64,000 nt of DNA, taken from NCBI RefSeq assembly GCF_963921235.1, contig NC_086108.1:67396001-67460000 (forward strand), written 5' to 3'. A model generated the notes under the pieces. It made no database searches and was not told the origin of the DNA. It worked only from the letters and a program-made list of their open reading frames with translations. Every line of letters starts with the position of its first letter. Position 1 is the stretch's first letter. The position numbers were made by a program, and so were the translations under genes. This DNA comes from Mobula hypostoma (Eukaryota). This document shows, in pieces, positions 1 through 12,939 of this stretch.

Positions 1-1004
1 TGTAAGCCCTGACTGCCTGGTCAATTCCATGCTTAGATACATTCATTTTAATTTCTCTGGTTGCATGGCTCACAATTAACTTAGTGTTCACCTGCAGCAC
101 CAGCGATATTCATTTCAATAGACATAGTCAACAAGCTGTCCGTGCATCTACAGCTCTTAAACCAGACCAAACAAATAGTCTACAATTCAAACACTGACAA
201 CCAGAATATCCCAGCACTTCAGTAAAAAAAGGTGATAAACCCTAGGCAAACACTTCCCAAGCAACAGTCACCAATGGATGGGCATCACTGACCATTCAAA
301 CCACAAACACACAACATGAATCAACAGAAGTTCATAGATAATCCTACCACAAGCTGCTCCTATTTCCAACATATTGTTCTCAGAGTTGCAATTCCTAATT
401 TGCCAATGGGTCTGAGGCAATTATTTTCCACAGACTAGTGTTTGTTATAAGTATCTTTTTTTGTTGGCAAAACATAGTGGTTACTTGAAAACAAACTAAA
501 ACTGCTGAGAGACTAAACCAGGGTAATTGGCAATGTATGAAACACTTCCAAGTAAGGAATTTCCAAATCAAAAATGGTACATTAAACCTTTTATTACAAA
601 ACCAGCAAAGAATAATAATCTTGTGCAATAAAAAGACTACTAAAATAAATTAGCGATGTAATGGTCTAATAGCGATGCTAGAATTCGAACAGTGTAACTA
701 AGCGTACCAGTTAGCCATCCTGTTAGTGAAATAATGAAGTTAGTGTAAATAACTAGCATATTTAAGGGGTCTAATAATGTTTCAATTAATGATCAACAAA
801 ACCCATGGCTAACTCACTCCCCAATAGATAAGCTAAACAACTCACAAAACAAGGATGCATAACTATACTTATTTGCTTCTACCATGTAACAGATTACCAT
901 AATAAACACACCACAAAATACAATACAGACAGAAAATAGATCCATGGCTGTAATAGACAGAAAGTAAATAACTGACTCCTACAAGTACTTTTCAAAATCG
1001 TGTT

Positions 1005-1230
1005 TTTAAGGTAAACATGACGACCAATTTTGCACACAGCAGATTTCTATCAACAGTGATATTTTATTTAATTGACCAGCTCATCTGTTCTGCCAGTGTT
1101 AATATTGGTTACTTCATCAGGATAAACTAGTGTTTTTCTTCAGATGGTGCCATTAAATCATTCACATTTATCTAACTCTTCACTCAAGATGGTGGGGTTT
1201 TGATTTTAATATATAATAGAAAGTGATTAC
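1005..1230 (-). mobile_element. Ancient Deu-domain SINE remnant (SacSINE1/AmnSINE1-like)
   Basis: 'ccaattttgcacacagcagat...tgaccagctcatctgtt...aatattgg...ttcttcagatggtgccat' resembles the reverse complement of the Deu domain as I recall it; heavily diverged. Confidence 0.45.
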
Positions 1231-3099
1231 ATGGTAGCAGCTATTTGACCCATCATAATCAGGAGCACTTTGTGGCATTCGGCCTCCATAAAGAGATACT
1301 CTACTGACAATGGAAAAACTGAGTGGGCAGCTTCGAAGCCTGTTACTGGCCATTCAAGCCGTTCCTCTCAAATTTAACGGAGTGTGTTATCAACATTTAG
1401 CTGCTGATAAAGGGTGTCTCATTGGAGAAACTGTTCACAGGACTCCATTAGCAACCTGCCAGGCAGAGACATCACAATGGCAACAACTTTACTCCAAGTC
1501 CATTACCTCTTTGCAATTAATGGTGTTACTCACTCTAAATGAAGACGCATTTCAAAAATGCTGGAATATACAACTGAAAGAAAATCAAATAATGCAAACA
1601 TTGAAAAGCATAAAATTAGAAGTTCTTAGTGCCTCCCTCACTTCATTCGCCTTTATGAAGGTTTGATTTTCTGGTGCCTAGTCACTGTGAGCTCTCTGAG
1701 GCTGCAGTGGTAAGTTGTTTTCATACACACTGAGCCCACACTGTCATCTTGGTGACTCATATAAGCTGTGCATTATTTTAGGTCTTCGATGCCATGGGGA
1801 GTTGGATGCAGGCTGCCTTCCAAAGCAGCAGAGGGAACAGTCTTACTGTATATGGTTGGCTGTGGGACAAGTGTGAGCATGCTCACTCAAGGGAGCAGGA
1901 TGCCATTGTCCTGAATCTGAAAACCAGGCAATCTCTCAGGGGGCTGGGGAGATGAGGGTGTGCAGTGGTTTGTAGGAAACCAAACCATTTCCTCATTGTT
2001 TCGTCACCAAGACCTTCAGTTAAGTCAGCCAGCAGGGCCCCTATCACAGCCGCTTGGCCTCTGGAGTCTCAACTGTTCTCCTTAGAGTGAATTCTCCATA
2101 TGTTCCATTGGTATTCTGCTCACAGTGAAGACAGCTGTGAGTGGGGTCAGACTGTCGATGCAGCCTCCCACCCGTCACCCCTCTGTCGACGCTACCAGGC
2201 GAGCATCTCTCTGTTCAGGCAGGAGACAAACCAATTTGCGGACATGCCGTGCCTCTCTGTTACAGGGAACATGCCCGCTACTTGCACGCATGTTCTTTTT
2301 GTCACTGAAGAACCAAGCAGTACACATGGGTAGAATTAGTGTGTCCACCACTCAGGCTGGCACCTCACTGCTCAGGGAGGATGTCAATGTTCCTTCAGAG
2401 CTCCAGGATGCTACCATAGTGGAGAGACCACAGCGTTTGCTTATGAGCCTGCACAGAATAACAAAATGTTTGTGTAGATTCTATCTGTGAATCCAGTGAT
2501 GGAATCAGTACCAGTCTCCACCAGCCATGCACAGTGACACATAGCTTCATGCAACCTCCTGTGAGAATGGTGAGCAGGCCCAAAATCTCACTGACTGTTT
2601 CACTGTGTGCCCACATCATCCTTTCCTTCAGCCGTTCCTGCTCCTTATCTGGGATCCTTGGGGCAGCTTCAGATGCAGCCTTCTTCACCAGGCTCTCTGT
2701 GGCTTATGTCAGACTGCAGCCCACACGTGTCTACTGTATATCCTAGTGACACACTCCCTTCTCACTCGGTCTGCTCACCATGCCAGTCTCGGAGGTGGTT
2801 CTCTAAGGAGGCTTGGACTGTGCTATTCATCAACTCCCCTCCCCTCTCTCCCTGTTTTCTTCTTCTCCCTTCTTCTCTTCATGATCCTCTTTTTAGGAAG
2901 GAAAATCCATCTATCCTAATACCCTGAAGAGACAAGTAGAAAACAGGTCGTCTTCGCACCTTTACAGTGATAGCAATAATAAACATATCTTCTTCTTCTA
3001 TTTCTTTCCCTTATGATCAAGTTTTCCACTCCATTGCTGGGTTTTCTGCAGTAACTGCTGCGACGAATGTCGGGATCACAGACTGATGGTACACTGAGC

Positions 3100-3335
3100 A
3101 GTCAGTTTGTCAGATGCCATGCTCATTCCATAGCTTACACTGGGCTTCTGATGCCTGGATTCAAGGTTTTCAGTGCCATCACTTCTTCATTTTGAGGGAC
3201 AGAGCCTCGCATGACAAAGTGGATTTGGAAAAAGGCTTTGAAAACATCCTTGAATCATTTCCCCAGCTTGTTTTGTAATAGCTTCCTGTTGTGGAACTCA
3301 AGGCAGTATGCCCTTTTCAGCAGTCTAGTATCAAC
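3100..3335 (-). mobile_element. Degenerate RTE-clade LINE C-terminal fragment
   Basis: Minus translation ...GK*FKDVFKAF resembles the KRFKDVLKA motif seen intact in the RTE at 17500-17530. Confidence 0.4.
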
Positions 3336-3359
3336 AATTCAAAGGACGTATTGATGATT

Positions 3360-4390
3360 GAGACAAAAGAAATGAAGTAATCCTAATGAATCATTGTTCT
3401 TGAGCATATATAGTAGATTAATGGATGGCATTTTCTGCAGGGATGATCACTAGTTTCAATACTGAGATTCTTGAACAACGGAGATTAGTTTAAAATTAAG
3501 GACATTGTCATTTAAACCTCAGATAAATAAAAGTTTCTTTTGTAGAGATTCAATCAAGTGTTAATGCTACACAACCGAAGAGGGTGAAATCCATTTTCTA
3601 GTCTAAGAGCTTTCCCCCTTCCCGTCAACATACTGCCTGCTTTTGTATCATCAGCAAACTTCTTAAATCACGTTTCCAATGTTTACATCCAAAGCTACAC
3701 ATTTAAGTTTACATATATTAAAAAAGACAAGAGATCCAATGTTAAGCCCTACAGAACCACACTACATGCATCTCAGTTGTCACTAAATTTCCCTTTGACT
3801 GATACCTTTTCATTTTCTCCATTCAGTCAATTTTTAATTCAGTTTGCCTTTGAATGCTGGATCTCCTGATCTTTCCTTTCATGATCAACTTGTCATATAG
3901 GATTTCTCAGCTGTTTATTTATCTGACATCAGATTTGCTTCTCTCGTTATTGGCTGCTGCAAAAATGTCACAGGTCACACTTGACCTTCCCTTGACAACT
4001 CAGCATCATTGGTTGACCTTTGTCCTTTTACAGTGCTTATCAAGGTCAGTTATCCTCCACTGCAATTAGGATGGCTGACCATCAATGATACAGTATTAAC
4101 AGACTTCTCAGTTTATTGGACTACTGTAGCCAAATATAGTCATAACATGCTCTGCTTCTTTCCTTGTTTTTTTGTAAGAGCTTAGTCTATAGTTTATCAG
4201 GATCATTGATTTACCACTTTAAAAGTGCCAAACCTTTTTATTACCCTCCATTATCTACAATTCCAAAATTTCACAGCATTTCTCCTTCTCCTCTTTATGG
4301 AAGGAAGGGAAGTGTGCATTCTCCTTTTTTCCATAAAGACTGATGCAAGATATTTTGGAGCAACTCATGTTTTCTACATCTTTATATCAG
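3360..4390. mobile_element. Highly decayed CR1 LINE fragments (plus ~3360-3560, minus ~3600-4390)
   Basis: Residual 'tttgtatcatcagcaaact' (KFADDTK antisense) and 'ccctacagaaccacact' (GVPQG antisense). Confidence 0.45.
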
Positions 4391-4394
4391 CTGT

Positions 4395-5654
4395 ATAAGA
4401 CCAGAAGACATAGCACCTGTATTAGGCCATTCGGCCCATCGAGTCTGCTCCACCATTCCATCATGGCTGATCCCGGATCCTGCTCAACCCCATACACCTG
4501 CCTTCTCATTATATCCTTTGATGCCCTGACTGATCAGGAAACGATCAACTTCCACCTTAAATATACCCACAGACTTGGCTTCCACCGCAGTCTGTGGCAG
4601 AGTATTCCACAAATTTACTACTCCCTTGCTAAAAAAAAAAATCCTCTTTACCTCTGTTCTAAAAGGTCGCTTCTCAATTTTGAGATTGTGCCTTTTAGTT
4701 CTGGACACCACAACTATAGGAATTATCCTCTCCATATCCACCCTATCAAATCCTTTCAACATTCAGTAGGTTTCAATGAGATCCCCCCCACTCTTACCCC
4801 ACATTCTTCTAAATTCCAGTGAGTACAGGCCCAAAGCTGTCAAACGCTCCAAATACATTGATCCCTTCATTCCTGGAACTATCCACGTGAACCTTCTCTG
4901 GACTCTCTCCAATGACAACACATTGTTTCTGAGATATGCGCCCAAAACTATTCACAATACTCCACGTGTGACCTAACTAGCGTCTTATAAAGGCTAAGCA
5001 TTATCTCTTTGCTTTTATATTTGATTCTCCTTGAAATAAATAGCAACATTGCATTTGCCTTCCTGACCACAGACTAAACCTGTAAATTAACCTCTGGGTG
5101 TCTTGCACGAGGACTCCTGAGTCCCTCTGCAGCTCTGATATTGGAACCTTCTCCCCATTTAGATAATAGTCTGCACTGTTGTTCCTTTTACCAAAATGTA
5201 TTATCATACATTTCCCGACACTGTATTCCATCTGCCACTTTTTTGCCCATTCTTCCAATTTGTCTAAGTCCTTCTGCAATCACATTTCTTCCTCAGCCCT
5301 ACCTACCTCTCCATCTATCTTTGTATCATCCACAAACTTAGCCACAAAGCCATCAATTCCACTATCTAAATCATTGACAAACAATGTGAAAAATAGCAGT
5401 CCCAATACTGTCCCCTGTGGAACACCACCGGTCAATGGCAGGCAACCAGAAAAGGACACTTTTATTTCCACTCGCTAGCTCCATTCCTCTATCCATGCCA
5501 GTATCTTTCCTGTAACACCATGGGATTTTATCTTGTTAAGCAGCCTCATGTGTGGTGCTTTATCAAATGCCATTTGAAAATCAAAGTAAATTACATCCAC
5601 TGCCTCTCCTTTGTCCACCCTGCTTGTTACTTCCTTCAAGATCTGTGACAGATT
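4395..5654 (-). mobile_element. CR1 LINE, 3' part (RT C-terminus and 3' tail); continues at 7054-8410
   Basis: Broken ORFs with GVPQGTVLGLLFF, KFVDDTK, LERVQRRFT, VVNLWNTLP; short-repeat tail near 4395. Confidence 0.9.
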
Positions 5655-5932
5655 TATATAAACCATATAACAATTACAGCACAGAAACAGGCCATCTCGG
5701 CCCTTCTAGTTCGTGCCAAACTCTTACTCTCACCTAGTCCAACCGACCTGCACTCAGCCCATAACCCTCCATTCCTTTCCTGTCCATATAGCTGTCCCAT
5801 TTAACTTTAAACGACAACATAGAACCTGCCTCAACCACTCCTGCTGGAAGCTCGTTCCACACAGCTACCTCTCTCTGAGTAAAGAAGTTCCCTCTCATGT
5901 TACCCCTAAACTTTTGCCCTTTAACTCTCAAC
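5655..5932 (-). mobile_element. CR1 LINE 3'-end fragment, second subfamily
   Basis: ORF 5734-5931 RGNFFTQREVAVWNELP; same family as 59337-59815. Confidence 0.85.
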
Positions 5933-6119
5933 TCAATTATATTGAGTTATAATTACATGGCCTCTGGGACAGTGGGAAGGCAAGGTCTGAAAGTGCAGGT
6001 GTTCCATCTACTGTCAAGGAATATGAAGTTATCAAGAAACTTCAATTGATTTAATAATTGAAGTTCATAACTACGGCTCTCTTTTTATTTCCTATTTTGA
6101 GTTCCTCAGATCTGTTACT

Positions 6120-7053
6120 TGAGTGTATAGATATTAAGAGGATGTGCTGGAGTTGTTGAAGGGCATTAAGTTAGATAAGTCCTGATGAAGGGTCTCGGCC
6201 TGAAACATCGACAGTACCTCTTCCTAGGGATGCTGTTTGGCCTACTGCGTTCACCAACAACTTTGATGTGTGTTGCTTGAATTTCCAGCATCTGCAGAAT
6301 TCCTCGTGTTTGCAAGTTAGATAAGTCACCAGCATTGAACAAGATATACTCCGAGCTACTGCGGGAAATGAGGGAGGAGATTGCTGAGCCTCTGGTGATG
6401 ATCTTTGCATCATCAATAGAGGCAGGAGAAGTACCAAAGGATTGTAAGATTGCAAATGTTGTTCCCTTGTTCAAGAACGGGAGTAGAGATAACACAGAAA
6501 ATTATATACCAGTGAGTCTTACTTCAGTGGCAGGCAAATTGTTGCAGAAGATCCTGGGAGGCAGGATTTATGAGCATTGGGAGAGACATAATCTGATTAG
6601 GGATAGTCAGCATGGCTTTGTCAAGGGCAGGTCATGCCTTATGAGCCTAATTGAATTCTTTGAGGAAGTAACAAAACACATTGATGAAGGTAGAACAGTG
6701 GATGGATTTCAGTAAGGCATTTGATAAGGTTCCCCATGCAAGGCTCATTCAGAAGGTAAGGAGGTATGGGATCCAAGGAGACCTTGCTTTGTGGATCCAG
6801 AACTGGCTTGCCCACAGAAGGCAAAGGGTGGTTGTAGATGGTTTATATTCTGCATGGAGGTCGGTGACCAGTAGTGTTCCACAGGGATCTGTTCTGGGAC
6901 CCCTCCTCTTTGTGATTTTTATAAATGACCTGCATGAGGAAGTAGAAGGATGGGTTAGTAAGTCTGCTGATAACACGAAAGTTGGGGGTGCTGTGGATAG
7001 TCTGGAGGGTTGTCAGAGGTTACAGCAGAACACCGATAGGATGCAGAACTGGG
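6120..7053 (+). mobile_element. CR1 LINE RT fragment
   Basis: ORFs 6335-6715 and 6681-7196: [48 protein letters not shown]. Confidence 0.9.
6182..6313 (+). mobile_element. Short PLE terminal-repeat insertion with minimal hammerhead motif
   Basis: 14-bp TSD AAGTTAGATAAGTC at 6168-6181 and 6314-6327; insert begins CTGATGA-agggtctcggcct-GAAAC-atc; homologous to the 3' tails of the PLEs ending at ~37762 and 56409. Confidence 0.85.
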
Positions 7054-8410
7054 TTTGTCAGGCAAGATTTACTTTTACAGAAACCACGCTGAATTTGACT
7101 TATTTTATCATTAGTCTCCAAGTACCCAGAACCTCATCTTTAATAATACACTCCAACACTTTTCCAACCACTGAGGTTAGGCTAACTGGCCTATAATTTC
7201 CTTTCTTTTGCCTTCCTCCCTTCTTAAAGAGTGGAGTGACATTTGCAATCTTCCAGACCTCTGGGACCATGCCAAAATCAAGTGATTCTTGAAAGATCAT
7301 GATCGTTATCTCTTCAGCAACCTCTCTCAGGACTCTGGGATGTTGTCCATCTGGCCCAGGTGACTTATCCACCTTAAGTCCTTTGAGTTTGCCTAGCACT
7401 TTTTCCTTTCTAACAGCAATGGCACTCACTCCTGCTCCTTGACATTCATGGACCTCTGGCATAATGCTAGTGTCTTCTACATTGAAGACAAATGCAAAGT
7501 ACCCATTCAGGTTATTTGCTATTTCTTTGTCCCCCATTACTACTTCACCAGCATCATTTTCCAATGGTCTAATATCAACTATCACCTCAGTTTTACTCTT
7601 TATATATCTGAAAACGCTTTTAATATCTTGCTTTATATTATTGGCTAGTTTGCCCTCATATTTCATTTCTTCCCTTCTTATAGCTTTTTTTTAGTTGTCT
7701 TTTGTCGGATTTTAAAAGCTTCCCAATCATCCAACTTCCCACTCACTTTTGCTATCTTATATACCCTTTCCTTGGCTTTTATGCAGTCCTTAACTTCCTT
7801 TGGCAGCCACAGTTGCCTAGCCCTAACATCTGAGAACTTCTTCTGTGGGACTTAATCTATCCTGCGCCTTGTGAACTATTCCCAGAAACTTCAGCTATCT
7901 CTGCTCTGCCGTCATCCCCGCCAGTATCCTCCTCCAATCCACCTGGGCAAGCTCCTCTCTCATGCCTCTGTAATTCCCTTTATTCCATTGCAATACCGAT
8001 ACATGTGAGTTATGCTTCTCCCTCTCAAACTGCAGTATGAATTCAATCATATTAAAATCAATGGCTCCTAAGGGTTCCTTTACATTAAGCTCTCTAATAA
8101 GATCTTGGTTATTACACAACATTTAATCTAAGCTCACCTTTCCCTGAGTAGGCTTGAGCATTAGCAGCTCCAAAAAGCCATCTCATAGGCATTCAACAAA
8201 TTAACAAATTCCCTCCCTCATGATCTGACACCAACCTGATTTTCCTGATCCCTTTGCATATTGAAGTCCCCCATTACAATTGTATGATTACTTCATTACA
8301 TGCTTTTTCCAGCTCCCTTTGCAATCTCAACCCCACATCTTGGCTGCTAATTGGAGACCTATATATGGTTCCCATAATGTGTTTGTTTTACCCTTGCAGT
8401 TTTGATCTTT
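7054..8410 (-). mobile_element. CR1 LINE, upstream part (endonuclease end, linker, RT start) of the element at 4395-5654
   Basis: ORF 7100-7666 KSPGPDG, WKIANVTPLFKKG, NYRPVSLTS; the junction 'gacagatt|tgtcaggcaagattt' rejoins the two halves. Confidence 0.85.
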
Positions 8411-8435
8411 ATATGACCCCATTTGTTCTTTTGTT

Positions 8436-10460
8436 ATAGAACAAAGAACATAGAATAGTACAGCACAGTACAGGCCCTTCAGCCCACAATGTTGTGCCGA
8501 CCCTCAAACCCTGCCTCCCATATAAGCCCCCACCTTAAATTCCTCCATATACCTGTCTAGTAGTCTCTTAAACTTCACGAGTGTATCTGCCTCCACCACT
8601 GATTCAGGCAGTGCATTCCACGCACCAACCACTCTCTGAGTAAAAAACCTTCCTCTAATAACCCCCTTGAAGTTCCCACCCCTTACCTTAAAGCCGTGTC
8701 CTCTTGTATTGAGCAGTGGTGCCCTGGGGAAGAGACGCTGGCTATCCACTCTATCTATTCCTCTTATTATCTTGTACACCTCTATCATGTCTCCTCTCAT
8801 CCTCCTTCTCTCCAAAGAGTAAAGCCCTAGCTCCCTTAATCTCTGATCATAATGCTTACTTTCGAAACCAGGCAGCATCCTGGTAAATCTCCTCTGTACC
8901 CTTTCCAATGCTTCCACATCCTTCCTATAGTGAGGTGACCAGAACTGGACACAGTACTCCAAGTGTGGCCTAACCAGAGTTTTATAGAGCTGCATCATTA
9001 CATCGCGACTCTTAAACTCTATCCCTCGACTTATGAAAGCTAACACCCCATAAGCTTTCTTAACTACCCTATCCACCTGTGAGGCAACTTTCAGGGATCT
9101 GTGGACATGTACCCCGAGATCCCTCTGCTCCTCCACATTACCAAGTATCCTGCCATTTACTTTGTACTCTGCCTTGGAGTTTGTCCTTCCAAAGTGTACC
9201 ACCTCACACTTCTCCGGGTTGAACTCCATCTGCCACTTCTCAGCCCACTTCTGCATCCTATCGATGTGTCTCTGCAATCTTTGACAATCCTCTACACTAT
9301 CTACAACACCACCAACCTTTGTGTCATCTGCAAACTTGCCAACCCACCCTTCTACCCCCACATCCAGGTCGTTAATAAAAATCACGAAAAGTAGAGGTCC
9401 CAGTACCGATCATTGTGGGATACCACTAGTCACAATCCTCCAATCTAAATGTACTCCCTCCACCACCACTCTCTGCCTTCTGCAGGCAAGCCAATTCTGA
9501 ATCCACCTGGCCAAACTTCCCTGGATCCCGTGCCTTCTAACTTTCTGAATAAGCCTACCGTGTGGAGCCTTGTCAAGTGCCTTACTAAAATCCATATAGA
9601 TCACATCCACTGCACTACCCTCATCTATATGCCTGGTCACCTCCTCAAAGAACTCTATCAGGCTTGTTAGACACGATCTGCCCTTCACAAAGCCATGCTG
9701 ACTGTCCCTGATCAGACCATGATTCTCTAAATGCCTATAGATCCTATCTCTAAGAATCTTTTCCAACAGCTTTCCCACCACAGATGTAAGGCTCACTGGT
9801 CTATAATTACCCGGACTATCCCAACTACCTTTTTTGAACAAGGGGACAACATTCGCCTCCCTCCGGTACCATTCCCGTGGACAACGAGGACATAAAGATC
9901 CTAGCCAGAGGCTCAGCAATCTCTTCTCTCACCTCGTGGAGCAGCCTGGGGAATATTCTGTCAGGTCCCGGGGACTTATCTGTCTTAATGTATTTTAACA
10001 ACTCCAACACCTCCTCTTCCTTAATATCAACATGCTCCAGAACATCAACCTCACTCATATTGTCCTCATCATCATCAAGTTCCTTCTCATTGGTGAATAC
10101 TGAAGAGAAGTATTCATTGAGGACCTCGCTCACTTCCACAGCCTCCAGGCACATCTTCCCACCTTTATCTCTAATCGGTTCTACCTTCACTCCTGTCATC
10201 CTTTTTTACTTCACATAATTGAAGAAGTAGGGTTTTCCTTTACCCTACTCGCCAAGGCCTTCTCATGCCCCCTTCTTGCTCTTCTCAGCCCCTTCTTAAG
10301 CTCCTTTCTTGCTTTCCTATATTCCTGAATAGACCCATCTGATCCCTGCTTCCTAAACCTCATGTATGCTGCCTTCTTCCACTTGACTAGATTTTCCACC
10401 TCACTTGTCACCCATGGTTCCTTCACCCTACCATCCTTTATCTTCCTCACCGGGACAAAT
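8436..10460 (-). mobile_element. Relatively young 5'-truncated CR1 LINE
   Basis: Uninterrupted 293-aa RT C-terminal ORF 8504-9385 ([22 protein letters not shown]) plus upstream frameshifted ORFs; ATAGAAC-type tail at 8436-8458. Confidence 0.95.
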
Positions 10461-12939
10461 CATCTGTACTTTCATGGCTATCCTTGAGTTTATCTTCCAA
10501 TTTTTTTTTTAATTTTAAGGTTCTCTCGTTAACACAAAGTACTTCCTCAGCAATGAATGCTGCTATAATCGGCAACTGCCTGATTCCCATCTCCACAATG
10601 AATAGTAAAATTGAATTGGAGTATTTGACAGTCAGTTAATCTTCCAAAATATATTTTCCTACTTCATTGGCAGAGTTAAACTTCACCCCACCGGCCTCCT
10701 TTTCCATCCTACCCCTGTATTTTTTCTGTATCAGCTCATTATGAAATGTGCAAGAGCATGTAGACATTCAAAAATAAAGTAACAAATGTAATTCATTTTC
10801 ATGCAATGTTGAGGTTAGACCACCTCAGGGCAAAATCAAAGACAGACACATTTATACAAAGGATGTTGTGCTGCAATATGAATCTGGAGTAAGATTGTAG
10901 TTTTATATACAATATTAGCATGCTATTGTGCAATCAAAGGAACAAGTACTCTATTCAAACTGTATCAGTATTTCATCAAACTGAATTTAGATTTTCTTCA
11001 TACTCCCAGGTCTTATCAGACAAACTTGCAGAATGTCTAATATTCTCAGTGACTTGGCCCTGCTGGTACTGTATCAGTCAATAGATCAAGGGCACTTACT
11101 CCATAAAATGAGTATAGTTGATGGTTCCACTGTGTCTGATGCTTCCCTTCACATATTTCCCCAGACAAGCAAACCAAATAGGTAACAGCTTTCCGAATGA
11201 TACTGAACAGATTTTGACTGAAAAAAAACTACCCACATGTGCTTTTTAAAAATTTTGTCAATCCTATTTCTTTAGATGGCAGGATATTAATTGTTGGCAG
11301 CCGGTGTTAAGAACTTGCAGACTCAAAGGAGTCAGAAACAAATGTGATAGATGTCATGAAGCCAGTTCTTCTGTTATTTATCAGATTACAAACTTGTTGC
11401 CAACCATGAATTGAAGTTAAAAGAATTAGTATTATTGCACTTACAGAAGCTTTATCACAAATATAAATCTTTTTATGACTCCTAAAATTCAGAGCTTAGA
11501 TGATATTACTGACATTATTACTAATTCAAGGTCAAAGGTTATCTGGTTCTGGGAAATAAATGTTAAAATGGTCACCATCAATTTTTAGAGTTATTGAATC
11601 GTGTGTTCTCCAGTGCAGACTGATCACATAAGCAACTTATAACTCACATCAGGGGAAATGCCTACAATGGGATGCTGATATAACACTTTTTCAAAAGCAT
11701 GCCAATATTGTCATCAATTAAGACAATTTACATATGCATAATATATTTATTATTTACAGATAACAATAAAGGCCTCAACATACAGTGTCCATCAAGAGAA
11801 TTAGGCTTTCCTACTTTGTGGTGGTTGGAGTCAGATTTAGCAGGGCACTCCAACATCACACCTACACATTCCATTCTGGGTCCTTAGTCTCCTGTGCATA
11901 ACTTCTCAAGATTTAACTTAGGAGTTCCGGCTATTAGAAACATTTGTGCAGAATTCTTCAGTAGATCATTTTGGAATATCTTAAAATGCTTATTTGGCTG
12001 ACCAAAGCATAAAAGAGTAATCTTGATAAGTATAGCACAAAGAGTAAATTTTAATTCACCAGTAAACATAAACATATAAAATATTAATGAATGTTTGATT
12101 TGTTAATTTTTTAAACCAAATCTTTGTGCAGCTTATTATCGGAATTTAAAAGCTGATTTAAATTATTGTATATTTTGGTAGATAAAATAGAACGTACTCC
12201 TATATTGGCATAAAACAGCATACTAAAATACTGGTTTTATAATTCCCAGTGAATAGGAACATCAATTAATATGTCAGTATCACCTTCAACCCCCACATGT
12301 TCTAAAAAATATCAGATCCCTTTTCTGCATTTTATGAAATATTTAAAAAGAAGATTACTGGTGCAGATTTTTGATAAACTGTAAGTTTGATGAACTTTTT
12401 TTTGGATAATTATTTGAGTGATATGCTATAATCTCATAGAGAACATATTTTTACATAGCAAGAGCTCTAAATTTGCCCATGAAACAATAGTGCAAATTCA
12501 TATATAATTACTAAAATATGTGCTCTAATTCTTAATTTATTTCTCTATTCAATATTCAGTGTGTACAAGATTAAGGCTTCAGCTGGGAGGTTATGGATAC
12601 TGGTGGTAGGGTAGATGGCGGCATGCCAACTGAAGGAGAGAACAGAATATCAAACAGAAAAGGAAAAATATATAAAAGTTGATTTCAAAATCGAACATCA
12701 TACTTTGACAAACTTACTAACTTTCTAAGAAGGTAATAGAAGCAATTGCCGCTGGTAATGTAGTGGAAGTATTTCATCCATTTTTCCAAAAACCTTTCAA
12801 TATGGTACACCATATTAATAAGATCAGAGAATGTGAAATCAGGGGTAAGCAACAGAATGAATTGCTAGCTGGATTCAGGATAACTATTCACAGTAGAAAA
12901 AGATGATAACACTGTTCCATCAGGGTCAATGCTGTTTAC

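Noticed and set aside
1310..1666. 118-aa ORF
   Set aside because: No recognisable motif or splice context; expected by chance
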